This document shows positions 54,080 through 64,000 of a stretch of 64,000 nt of DNA, piece after piece. Each line of letters starts with the position of its first letter. Position 1 is the stretch's first letter. The stretch comes from Tubiluchus corallicola (lineage: Eukaryota > Animalia > Priapulida), in the NCBI GenBank assembly GCA_030141605.1, contig JAQGDQ010000100.1, forward strand, positions 568,706-632,705, given 5' to 3'. A program made the position numbers and the translations under genes. The notes below the pieces were generated by a model. The model worked only from the letters and a program-made list of their open reading frames with translations. It was not told the origin of the DNA and made no database searches.

Positions 54080-57000
54080 CTATAAAATACATAACTGAAC
54101 GAAAATGATAATAACTAAGTTTGAAAGGATGTTGGCAAAGTTGAAGTTCATTACACAGTTCGATTTCACAGAAAGTGAAGAGATTGTACTTGCTTCAAAA
54201 AATTCTATCACGTCACTTTTTGCTTTCATTCTCTTGCTTTTGGCCACTTGTGTTTCGTTATCTGGTGGCCAGGTTGTGGTCACTAAATCAACACAGCCCA
54301 TTGCAAATAAGTTTAAATCTAAGATGGACACGTTGCGAAATTTGCGAGGCACGTGACAGCGTACACGTTCGAGCGCAGCTCGTCCTTGCGGATGAGTTCT
54401 TAACCACTCATCTACCCACAAACGGAATGGTGCTATTGTACAGTCACACAGCCAAGGATTTCCATCTAGATAAAAGTTATCCACCTTTAAAGATGGAATG
54501 TTGAAGTGTTCTGGGGTTATAACACGCAATTTGTTGTGTCTCAGATCGAGAGGGTGGAGCCCTCTGATGGGCGGGTATGAAAAAATGTCATCAGGGAGTG
54601 ACATTATACTCGTGTTAACAATTCCAAGGCTTCCTGCTGTAAAACCAACGAATGCATTGTGGGTAACCCATTTGAGATTCTTGCCAATTATTGTGAGCGT
54701 GTTTAGTTTTGGGTTCTTTTCAAACACGTGCTGCAACTGTTTGTCCAGTATGGCATCTCTGATCTCTACGTAAACTTGAGCAAGGTTAACGACTCGCGAG
54801 AGAATTGCACCGACGTTTAGCTGGTGTAATATCGGATAGCCATACATCATAATGTACTGCAAATTCTTTAATGGAGCCAAAGCCGCGTTATCAAAAGTCG
54901 TTAGTTGCGGCAGCCCTTCTATGCGCAGCCAGTTTAGCGAGTGAAGCCCAGCAAACGCCCCGGCTTCGATTTTTCTGATAGGATTGTTTGATAATCTGAG
55001 TGAATGCAAAGATGGCATGGTGCTCCACAAGTTTGTAGAGACATTAAGCAGACTATTGTTGTCCAAATATAATATTTTCACGTTTTTGCAGTCCCTTAGT
55101 TTCGAATGAGGAACGTGATACAATTTATTCTCTCCCATGTATAGAATTCGTAACTGCTCAAAGGGGAGCTGTGGGAGCTCCACCAGCGATGTATTCGTCA
55201 TGTCAAGCTTGTACATCTTGCCTCCTGTTCCAACGAACCCCCTACCAGACATTTTCTGAATAACGTTATGGGCTAAATTCAAACTTCTCAAATTTTCTAA
55301 ACCATTGAAGGCATTGTTTTCTATTTTACTTATAAAGTTAAAGGAAAGATCTAGATCAGCCAAAACAACTAAATTGCTGAATGAATTCCGTGGTACAGTA
55401 GTCATTAAGTTTTCAGAAAGATCCAGTTGGAAAAGACTGTGCTTTAGTGGTTCGAATAAGTACATTGGCACGATCCTGAAAGCATTTCTAGCGAGATTGA
55501 GTGCATGCAGCGGAACAGCTTGTATCCCAAATACATTCATGTTGAGCTCAGAAAGTCGATTCCCTGCCAAATTAATGGAGTGCACTCGATACTGGGTCAT
55601 TAATAATCTCTCTGGCAAGCCGGCTAAGTTATTGTTGTGCAGATATATATCGCGCAGGTTGACAGAACCGTGGAAAGTCGTTTCATTTACAACAGTCAGC
55701 GAGTTATTGCTGACATCGATTGTTTCTAGGTCTGGCAAGTCTGCAAACAGCTTATAACCCAGTTTTGATAGCAAGCAGCCCGCAAAGGTAACGGTTTTAA
55801 TTTTGGTTAGTGGTTTCATGAGTTGACTGGATAGTGACCTGATTGGATTATGGGCTAGTAAAAGAGATACCAACACTTGCAGTTCAGCAAACGAATCAGG
55901 ATGCAGTTTACTAATACTGTTATTGCGAAGGTCTAATGACATCACATTAACTCTTTCCCAGAAATATTTATGAACAAAAGTCAGCCTGTTTCCCTGTAGG
56001 TTTAAATATTTGACGTTCGTTAGATTTTGAAAAGCACCGTCGAGGATTTTAGAAATGCGATTATATGCTAGATTTATAGTCTGCAAACTTTTTCCAGTGA
56101 AGGTGCCTCTGGTTAGGAATGAGATATTGTTGTAACTAAGATTAATGTTGGAAATAATTGATAAGTTAAAGAAAGTGTCATTTCTCAGATGGCGAATTTT
56201 GTTATTTGATAAATCGAGTAGCTGCAAAGTTGATAAAGATTGGGAAACAAAAGCGTTTCTTTTTATCTCCTCTATTTCATTTCCGCTCAAATACAATTTC
56301 TGCAAAGTCGGAAAACTACGATGAAAATCCTCGGGAATCTGGCTGATCAGATTTTTATTCAGATTCAACATTTTCACGTTGTTTACATTAGAAAGAGCGG
56401 CGGTGGGTATTTCTTGAAGGAGATTGTCTTGCAAGATCAGCATGTCCACATTTGTTGGCTTATCCGTCAGCATGTAGGTCTCTGTCGATACATTGCTTAT
56501 ACGATTACTAGCCAAATTCACTACTCTCAGATTTCTAAAATAATACAAAGCGGATATGGGAAACTTGCTTATCTGGTTGTTATCTAAATATATTTGCTGA
56601 AGCCCAGGATTGAGGAGGCTAAGGTCTTTAGCGTCAATAACCGATATGCGATTATACGAAAGTCCAAGGAACTTTAACGAACTGAGCGATTGAAAGGCAA
56701 CATTTGGCACTATGTCAATGTGATTGTACTGCAGATTCAATGTTAACAGAGAATCGTTCAAGCCTCTAAATGCTTCGTCTGTAATATATTTGATATAATT
56801 CCACTGCAGGTCCAATGTCATTAACGATGTCATTGATTCGAATGCGCGCGGCTGCAGAAATCTAATGCGGTTGTGACTTAGTAGCAAAGATCTAAGGCTG
56901 GGCGACATGTGCAGATTGGCAACTTCACTGATGTTATTCTGTGATAAATCTAATTCGATTAAACTACGACATCTGGCGAATGTGCGTGGCGGAATCTCCT

Positions 57001-58096
57001 TGATATTGTTGTATTTGAGCCTAAGTATTTCCAATGTGTCGCAAAGGCCACGTAAATCTTTAGGAGTTATCTGCTTAATCCTGTTATATTCCACACTCAA
57101 TATCTGCAGTTCACTAAATACTCGCAAGGCGTCGCCCGGTATGCGTTCAAATAAGTTTCCGTTCAGTATCAATTGACGAACACTTAATCCTAATCCCACA
57201 AAAGCGTTTACAGACAAGTCCCGCAGTCTGTTCTTCTGCAAATCTAAAACACGTAGATTTTTAAAGTCGGCAAATGCGTGACTGGTAATATGGGAAATCC
57301 TATTGGCACCCATGTCAAGATTTTCTACAGTTCGTGCTACCCCTGCAAACTGATCGGCACGAATTTGGGAAAGTTTGTTTTGGGCTAAATTCAACGTTCT
57401 TAAATTGTGCAAATTTTTGAATGCACCGGCTGGAATGTCTTCAATGTCATTGATGCTGAGATCAAGGTGCTCTAGCTGACTAAGTCCGTTAAAGTCACCT
57501 TCCGAAATTTGTTTGATGTGGCAGTATTGTAACTGTAACACATTTAACTGACCCAGATGGCGCACTGCTGCTGGAACATGACCTATCCCTAAAAGTGGTC
57601 CTCCAGAGATGTACAAAGCTTGTAGGGATGGTGCCACGCCCAGCAACGCGTCTTCAGCTATACCATAGATTGGATTTGTCAGAAGAGTCAGTTTTTTCAA
57701 CGTTTTTAAATGCAGAAAAATACCCGATGGAATCTCAGTCAAAAAGTTGCCACTGAGGTCCAGTTCCTCCAGTGTGTCTTCTAGTCCAGCAAAAGCCTGC
57801 AGTGATATGACGCTGATCTGATTATTGGCCAGATTTAGAATGCGAATTCGCGGTCCGTAGAAGCCATTCCCCGGCAAGACTTTAAGCCCTATATTTCGCA
57901 AGTCAAGCCTGTCTACTGAAACGTTGGATGGAAAGACTGCCACTCTCCCAAAATGCACGTTTGAGCAGTCTATGTAATGACTGTTCCCTCGCATGAAACA
58001 CCGACATGGTAGATGAAACCGAGGGCAGGTGTCTATTGATGACGTCACAGCAAGAACTAGGAAGAACCATAAGCACACCGGAAACGCCGCCTCCAT
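54080..58096 (-). CDS. Chaoptin-like extracellular leucine-rich-repeat protein (1338 aa), probably GPI-anchored
   Basis: Uninterrupted ORF. First ATG at 58096 (MEAAFPVCLWFFLVLAVTSS signal peptide) follows an atttcag acceptor at 58118, so the 5' UTR is spliced. LRRNT CP...PCRC; roughly 40 LxxLxLxxN repeats; chaoptin-type C-terminal block (YGYPIL...LTIIGKNL...IVNTSIMSLP); LRRCT GNPWLCDC; hydrophobic C-terminus with no cytoplasmic tail. Confidence 0.9.
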   Translation of the reverse strand: MEAAFPVCLWFFLVLAVTSSIDTCPRFHLPCRCFMRGNSHYIDCSNVHFGRVAVFPSNVSVDRLDLRNIGLKVLPGNGFYGPRIRILNLANNQISVISLQAFAGLEDTLEELDLSGNFLTEIPSGIFLHLKTLKKLTLLTNPIYGIAEDALLGVAPSLQALYISGGPLLGIGHVPAAVRHLGQLNVLQLQYCHIKQISEGDFNGLSQLEHLDLSINDIEDIPAGAFKNLHNLRTLNLAQNKLSQIRADQFAGVARTVENLDMGANRISHITSHAFADFKNLRVLDLQKNRLRDLSVNAFVGLGLSVRQLILNGNLFERIPGDALRVFSELQILSVEYNRIKQITPKDLRGLCDTLEILRLKYNNIKEIPPRTFARCRSLIELDLSQNNISEVANLHMSPSLRSLLLSHNRIRFLQPRAFESMTSLMTLDLQWNYIKYITDEAFRGLNDSLLTLNLQYNHIDIVPNVAFQSLSSLKFLGLSYNRISVIDAKDLSLLNPGLQQIYLDNNQISKFPISALYYFRNLRVVNLASNRISNVSTETYMLTDKPTNVDMLILQDNLLQEIPTAALSNVNNVKMLNLNKNLISQIPEDFHRSFPTLQKLYLSGNEIEEIKRNAFVSQSLSTLQLLDLSNNKIRHLRNDTFFNLSIISNINLSYNNISFLTRGTFTGKSLQTINLAYNRISKILDGAFQNLTNVKYLNLQGNRLTFVHKYFWERVNVMSLDLRNNSISKLHPDSFAELQVLVSLLLAHNPIRSLSSQLMKPLTKIKTVTFAGCLLSKLGYKLFADLPDLETIDVSNNSLTVVNETTFHGSVNLRDIYLHNNNLAGLPERLLMTQYRVHSINLAGNRLSELNMNVFGIQAVPLHALNLARNAFRIVPMYLFEPLKHSLFQLDLSENLMTTVPRNSFSNLVVLADLDLSFNFISKIENNAFNGLENLRSLNLAHNVIQKMSGRGFVGTGGKMYKLDMTNTSLVELPQLPFEQLRILYMGENKLYHVPHSKLRDCKNVKILYLDNNSLLNVSTNLWSTMPSLHSLRLSNNPIRKIEAGAFAGLHSLNWLRIEGLPQLTTFDNAALAPLKNLQYIMMYGYPILHQLNVGAILSRVVNLAQVYVEIRDAILDKQLQHVFEKNPKLNTLTIIGKNLKWVTHNAFVGFTAGSLGIVNTSIMSLPDDIFSYPPIRGLHPLDLRHNKLRVITPEHFNIPSLKVDNFYLDGNPWLCDCTIAPFRLWVDEWLRTHPQGRAALERVRCHVPRKFRNVSILDLNLFAMGCVDLVTTTWPPDNETQVAKSKRMKAKSDVIEFFEASTISSLSVKSNCVMNFNFANILSNLVIIIFVQLCIL

Positions 58097-61000
58097 TCTC
58101 CTGTTGAACAAACCAATCTGAAATATAAAAAATAGACTCAGATAAGTGAAAAATTATTTTATTGCAAAAGGATGGGAAGAGTTATTATTAATCCCAGAGG
58201 CGCTATGTGTTCTGTCCTTTCTGTTATGTTACGACGGGATAATGGCTTTGTGATGGCAGGGCATCTGTTAGACGCGCAAAAGCCACAAATGCCTTCGGGA
58301 AATGAAAGGATCATAATAATAAATCAAACGCAGTCCATTAACTAAGAAAAAGTATTGATTAACATCAACCACCTGCCCACAATAAACGTTAAATCACACG
58401 TAATAAATTTTGGTACATTGCTGCTTGGCTGTTCGCATTGTGTTATTAGTTGCGTGACTTTTGCACTAATAGAAGCTTTTCACAAATACCTAATTGCATT
58501 CGTGTCAGCAGGCGGAAAACCAGCCAAATTAGCCTTTTGTCTACAATTGCGTTTCCCAGCTCGCAGCACGGTTAAAAACTCTTCTATAAGAGCTAGAAGT
58601 TCAATTGGCGGCGTCAGCTGTGCTGTCTTATCTAAGATAAGAACGGCAGAGTCAGAATGTCACGTTGCATTTTATGAAGCCGTACGCGCGTTGTGACTTG
58701 CCATGCACAAAACATGCCTACCACAGAACACAAATACTCTACAAAGGCATGCTTCTGGTGTAGTTGATAAACTACAGCTACTGTTTTGACTCTTGTCCAC
58801 GAGCTGCTCGACCAAACAGCTATTCCTTGGTCTAGTGAAATGTTATCGAAAGTGGCAAAGCAGCACAAACAAGTCAAAATAAATAAATTGCTAACATAAC
58901 CTAATGATTATACCAATACCATTCCTTGTGTGCTAACCATTTTCAGTACGTAGTTACACACTCCTAAATTTAAATAATATAATAGTGCATTGTCCTAGCA
59001 TTGAATTTTTACACTGACCAAATCTACTCTAGTGCGCGAGCATTATGAATATCTGGAGGAGAGCGTTTCATGTATTAGTTTGATTGATTGTCCCAAAATA
59101 TAAGTAGTGCTTTATTAGATTCACACAAAGCTCGCAACGCGTCGTTTGGAAATTTTGTTTCGTTCTTTTGATGTAGTCGGTTGTTTCTTCGACATAACAA
59201 TGTCAATGGAATAAACAACATAACAAGTCAAGTGGACAAAAAATTATATATAGCTATATCGAAGGAGCGATATATGAAGGAATGATTTAGCATGTTGAGG
59301 GAATTACATACCTACGATGCTGAAGGAAAGTTAGCGAAGAAGTTCAAAATCTCGCTTTACAGGCTTTTGAATTTAGTAATTTACTAATTTTGCGGCATTC
59401 CATCTGTAATATAGTTCACAAACAACTACATATGCAAATAAATAAATAAATGAACAAATAAATAAATTGATTAATAGATAAATAAATAATAGATTAATAG
59501 ATAAATAGATAGCTTCACGAGTAAATTCAAAGAGTTCAAAATTTGACGACGTTTTAATTATTTTCCCGCGAGTGTCTTGACATTCTCAGTTCGTGTCCAA
59601 GTGAGCAATCAATCTGCTTTTAGCCTGATTGAAGCGAACGTGACAACATTTGTAATTGTGACATTAACAGATTATAGATCGGGTTACCATGTTCCCTGTA
59701 CACACGGTTTTACATTATAATGTATCGAATAATTGAACGCAGCGCTTAGTCATGTCTCAAGTGAATTTAAGATATTGGCAATTTTTCGAATTATAAGCAT
59801 TTCAAGTTTTTGATTAGTATCTTATTTTTGCTATAATTTGTTAAAATTTTGTACCAGTGGTCAAAGTTAGAATGTCCCTAGTTTTCATTTATGGATTCAT
59901 TGACTGGGTATACAACAATAAATTTATATCTAGACGTTACATCTCTTGCAACGTGTCTTGTCTAGCGTTTTAGTTTCATATTTGTACTATTATTCGGTCA
60001 CATGTACAAAACCAAAAAAAATACAAAAAGAATCTGGATAAGCTGGATGAACAATCATACAGAAGCAGAATTAAGGCTGTACTAAGAATGCCATAACCAA
60101 TCAGTATCTACTGAACTGATGCACTAAAAGTAAAAAGGTCGCCAGATTTGTCCCAGTAATGTGTATGATATTCACCAATTAATGTCGAAATGTACTACTG
60201 GCGAAGTGTGTACGGCTGTGTACGGTTTCCAGTAGATAAATGAAACTGTACGTGAAAAACTAAAACCTACAGGGTCATAAAGGTTTTCTCTCTATCCATG
60301 ACTATAGTTAAAAATTAAGATAACATTAAACCTTTCCATCACCACCTTTTACGGTTTTTTGAATGCACAGGCACTTAACTGATCTAATATCCCTGTAATA
60401 AAACGATAATAATTTTACGATGCTTTTAGCGGGATTCATGCCGTCAATTATCAGCTGGATAAACTAATCACTCATAGCACCGTTTAAACAACGTAAAACC
60501 ATAATACCTTCACGCTTCAGTGGCAAAATCGTGATTATAGGCCATTCTGTACATCATGAAGGAACTGTCATGTACCGAAGTGTTTTTCTTAACCATTTAT
60601 TCTCAAAAGGTTCAGCGTTTAATAGCCCCAGCGCGCTTTAGATCACGTTGAATTTGTTTGCAGTTTGCTCCAAGACGGTAGATTTTATCTCATTGTATTC
60701 CACACTTATAAGAAAGCTGCAGCCAAGTATTTATGGTGGACAATACCAAGAGTAAAGCTAAAACGTTATATCTTACCATTAAATTTTCATATCAGTGCTT
60801 TTTATAAATTTTTTGCGGTGTCCAAATGTACTAAAAGATTTCTTGTTTGTGATTCTAATTTGCCAGCAGGCTGTTTGTACCAGCCAAAAACGTTAATTAA
60901 ACAAAACGAAACACTTGTACAACGGTATTGATAATAAATATTCTTAATTTCCGGATTATCTGATTAAAATGTAATTCTAATGCTAACATTTTAAAATTTT

Positions 61001-62144
61001 CAAATCAACTTGACCGAAAAAGAGAAATTTGAAAACGTTCTTGAACTTGTGTACAAATCTTGGTTGGTACACAATGGCACAAAAAACTGCTCTGAAGAAA
61101 GAAATCAAACTGAAAACAAGTGAAGTGACAAAAAGATAACTTTAATGATTTTTTATTTAATATTACATTACTACGTGACCAGTTGTATTCTCATCATGTA
61201 AGCCTAACCTTTTCCGTAAGATCTTGTATATAATCAATCGACACTCGTTTTATTGTCACATCACATAGTATATAATCAGTGCAAACCACTTCATTAGAAT
61301 AATTAGTGACGTTCATCAATTAATCATCTTGCATTGGCTTTCAGTGAAAGAAACCCCCTGAAGTGCTTTTCCCATGTCAGTAATGCGCTGGCTAAATAGC
61401 TTGTAATAGACAACAGCTGCAACCATAAAATTCAGATTCACGGTGTTAGGTAATTAAACTAACCCAATCTCTAATTAATTAAAAGGGTTCTGTCTTACTG
61501 CTTGTTAATTTATTGGACTCTGATGCTAGGCTGCACATAATAGTCGTTGTATCACAGCAACACTAAAAACCATCCAACGTCTGTGTTATTGTCACATTGT
61601 GCAAACAATTTAATTTGCTGTGAAAGCGAAAAGGAAGCCCGGCGGATTAACTTGGCGACGAACTTCCTGTGCTTGCGGGGACTATCAACATTTTCTCAAC
61701 ACTTTGCATTTTGCTCACGATCCTTCTCTACCTGAATTAATTTATCGCGTTCATAATTTATCGGATTGAATTTATTTTCATAAAATTTGGCTTTTTCATG
61801 TAACACGCTATCATTTTCCCAAGGATTTTAATTAAAATGTTGCGTAAGGACGAATAGAGAAAAGCTGCTGTCTGTTTCAGTATCAATGCTGAGGATGGTC
61901 ATATGACATGAAAACAGTCAATTACACAGCAGTTGGCTGCAATTTACTCACTAGCATTCTCATTCTGTACTACAATAATAATACTGGTTGGAAGTGTAAA
62001 GCTGGAAGTCCTGTTGACTAAATAAATGGAATACATTTTTATTTCATGCGAAGTTTCACCTTCTCTTCTCCCTCTTTTTCCATCACGATTATTCTTATTA
62101 ACATCATTACCTGGTTCTTCGAAGGAGTGTAGCCATTATACCGT

Positions 62145-62175
62145 TCTCATCATCATCATCATCATCATCATCATT

Positions 62176-62210
<35 letters not shown>

Positions 62211-62385
62211 TAACATCGTCATCATGTTCTTCTTCGTCGTCGTCGTCATTGTCGTCTTCGTCATCCTTATTATCGTCATCGTCGTTATCGTCATCGTTAT
62301 CATCGTCAACCGCAGCAGCAGCAGCACCGCCACTGCCACTGCCATTGCCACTTCCACCGACATCACCACCACTACTACCATCACC
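62145..62385. repeat. Degenerate (ATC/GTC/GCC/ACC)n trinucleotide tract
   Basis: Seen directly; explains four overlapping low-complexity ORFs. Confidence 0.9.
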
Positions 62386-62943
62386 AAAACCTAAACCTAT
62401 TTCTTCAAAAAAGCTTATTATCTCCAAAAATGATACGACAATGGTTTCCATGTTCACTTGTTTTACAGCCAAACTCAGTATTAGATTACAAAGTCAACGG
62501 ACCGCGTTTACGTCTGTTACTGAAATAGACTAAAATTGCCTATATACCTAAGCAGACAATGAACAAAACGTGAAAACAATATTTACAAGTCATTAACTGC
62601 GGGTTCAACATGTGGATGTTGGCTGCGACGAATTGTTATCGCCACGTATATTTGGGAATCTTATTAAGAATGGTTGATTTGCTTGTACAAAAAGTCTTCA
62701 AATATTCTTTGCAAAACAAGAACAAGGCCTGGATTTTGTTTGTTTATAGACGTGTCCAGCTGCCTTCCCCTCATGTCAAAACAGAATCATTTATACCAGA
62801 ATTAAGTTTACATTTGCTAAACAGTACGGCGTCTCTACTACATCTGTATTGAAACCACGTGGTAATAACAATAATAATTTTGTACATTCCTACGAACAAG
62901 GGAAGAAGGAAATGAGTGAGGTGTGAAGGAGAGCGAGCGAGCA

Positions 62944-62946
<3 letters not shown>

Positions 62947-63002
<56 letters not shown>
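62947..63002. repeat. (GA)n microsatellite
   Basis: Seen directly. Confidence 0.95.
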
Positions 63003-63006
<4 letters not shown>

Positions 63007-64000
63007 ACGATGACGACGACGACAATCTTGACGTTGACAAGCAAAGTAGTAAAGCATTATCATCGTCCTCATTGTAACACGCACTGCAGCATGTGTGGCC
63101 TACGTCCCGTTCATCATTTCTTGATAAAGCGTATTTTGTGATAAGCTGCTATAATAAAAAAGATCGTGTTACGTGCTAAAATAAAAGAATTCAGTAAATA
63201 TACAACTATACATATTTGATGGAATTTTTTTGTTTATCGTTACTGTCCTAATTAAATAATAAACTATTGTTCTTTATTTCTATTCTTCCAGAAATTAAAC
63301 TAACGCTCAGTATATTACTGGTACTTTGGAATATTTATCATCATAATTTGTGCATCGTCGTCGTTATCATCTTCAAAAGAATTAATATTTATTCATCTTA
63401 AATTTGACTTAAAACTATAGTTTTTATGATGCTATTGGAATGCTACAAAAATAATATGTGAGTTTTGTACGTTAAGTATTATTAATTTAAACGCAGCATT
63501 AATAATTTAAACATTTGAGATAAGTTTCAGGTGAACTTGAAAGGCATGGTTACGCAACAGTGATAGAATAACTAAATAACAACACATAAATCTTGTGCAT
63601 TCTAATGTGACACGTGAAAAAAAGAAAAGGAAAATACATACATAATGCGCGAGTCGTTTATTTGTCGTAGGACTATTTAGTTTTGCAGTCAAGGACTTCA
63701 ACAAAGCAGCTTTAACCAGGCAACATTCTTTCTTGAATAGGAGAGTAAACGCTCAGTTGCTTGTTACACAAGGAAGGTAAAATTCCCGTGACGTCACCAA
63801 AGTACATACCTAGATGTGTACACAAACATGGCATCGGTGTTTGGGTACAAAGCAGCGAGCTCAGGTATTGCACGTTTAAGAATTGTCATGATGAGCAAGT
63901 TATTTTAGTTTAATAAAGACGAGTATGCTTGTGTCCATTTTTGTTTTGTGTCGCAAGAACGGCAGAAACTATTTGCGGTTGAAAATTTACAATAGAACCA

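Noticed and set aside
54105-57176. Plus-strand ORFs overlapping the LRR gene
   Set aside because: Antisense shadows of the long minus-strand CDS.
62026-62533. Four overlapping low-complexity ORFs
   Set aside because: By-products of trinucleotide repeats; same for ORFs over 8292, 16507, 18719, 28255, 39730, 42213, 48590 and 62771.
62540-63830. Candidate 5' UTR exon donors for the LRR gene (minus strand, ~62548 and ~63809)
   Set aside because: Non-coding exons cannot be assigned without transcript data.

Overview
AT-rich, intron-rich animal (protostome-like invertebrate) genomic DNA; most ORFs in the track are spurious or single exons. Reading splice sites by hand gives, left to right: a disabled alkaline-phosphatase exon (-, 64-343); a probable decayed Bel/Pao retroelement; an 18-exon GABA-B-type class C GPCR (+, 5392-18482); a 5-exon uncharacterised gene (-, 19940-25216); an IR25a-type ionotropic co-receptor (+, 27257-52539); and a chaoptin-like LRR protein with one 4-kb coding exon (-, 54080-58096). 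The most striking system is in the IR25a gene. The exon encoding the S2 half of the ligand-binding pocket occurs as three divergent, intact, 133-nt tandem copies (46201-46333, 48381-48513, 50154-50286), which frame logic makes mutually exclusive. An intronic 24-mer is complementary to their 3' splice-site regions, and a 2.2-kb near-identical inverted copy of the third exon plus flanks sits in intron 1 of the same gene. All gene models are hand-derived; no searches were run.
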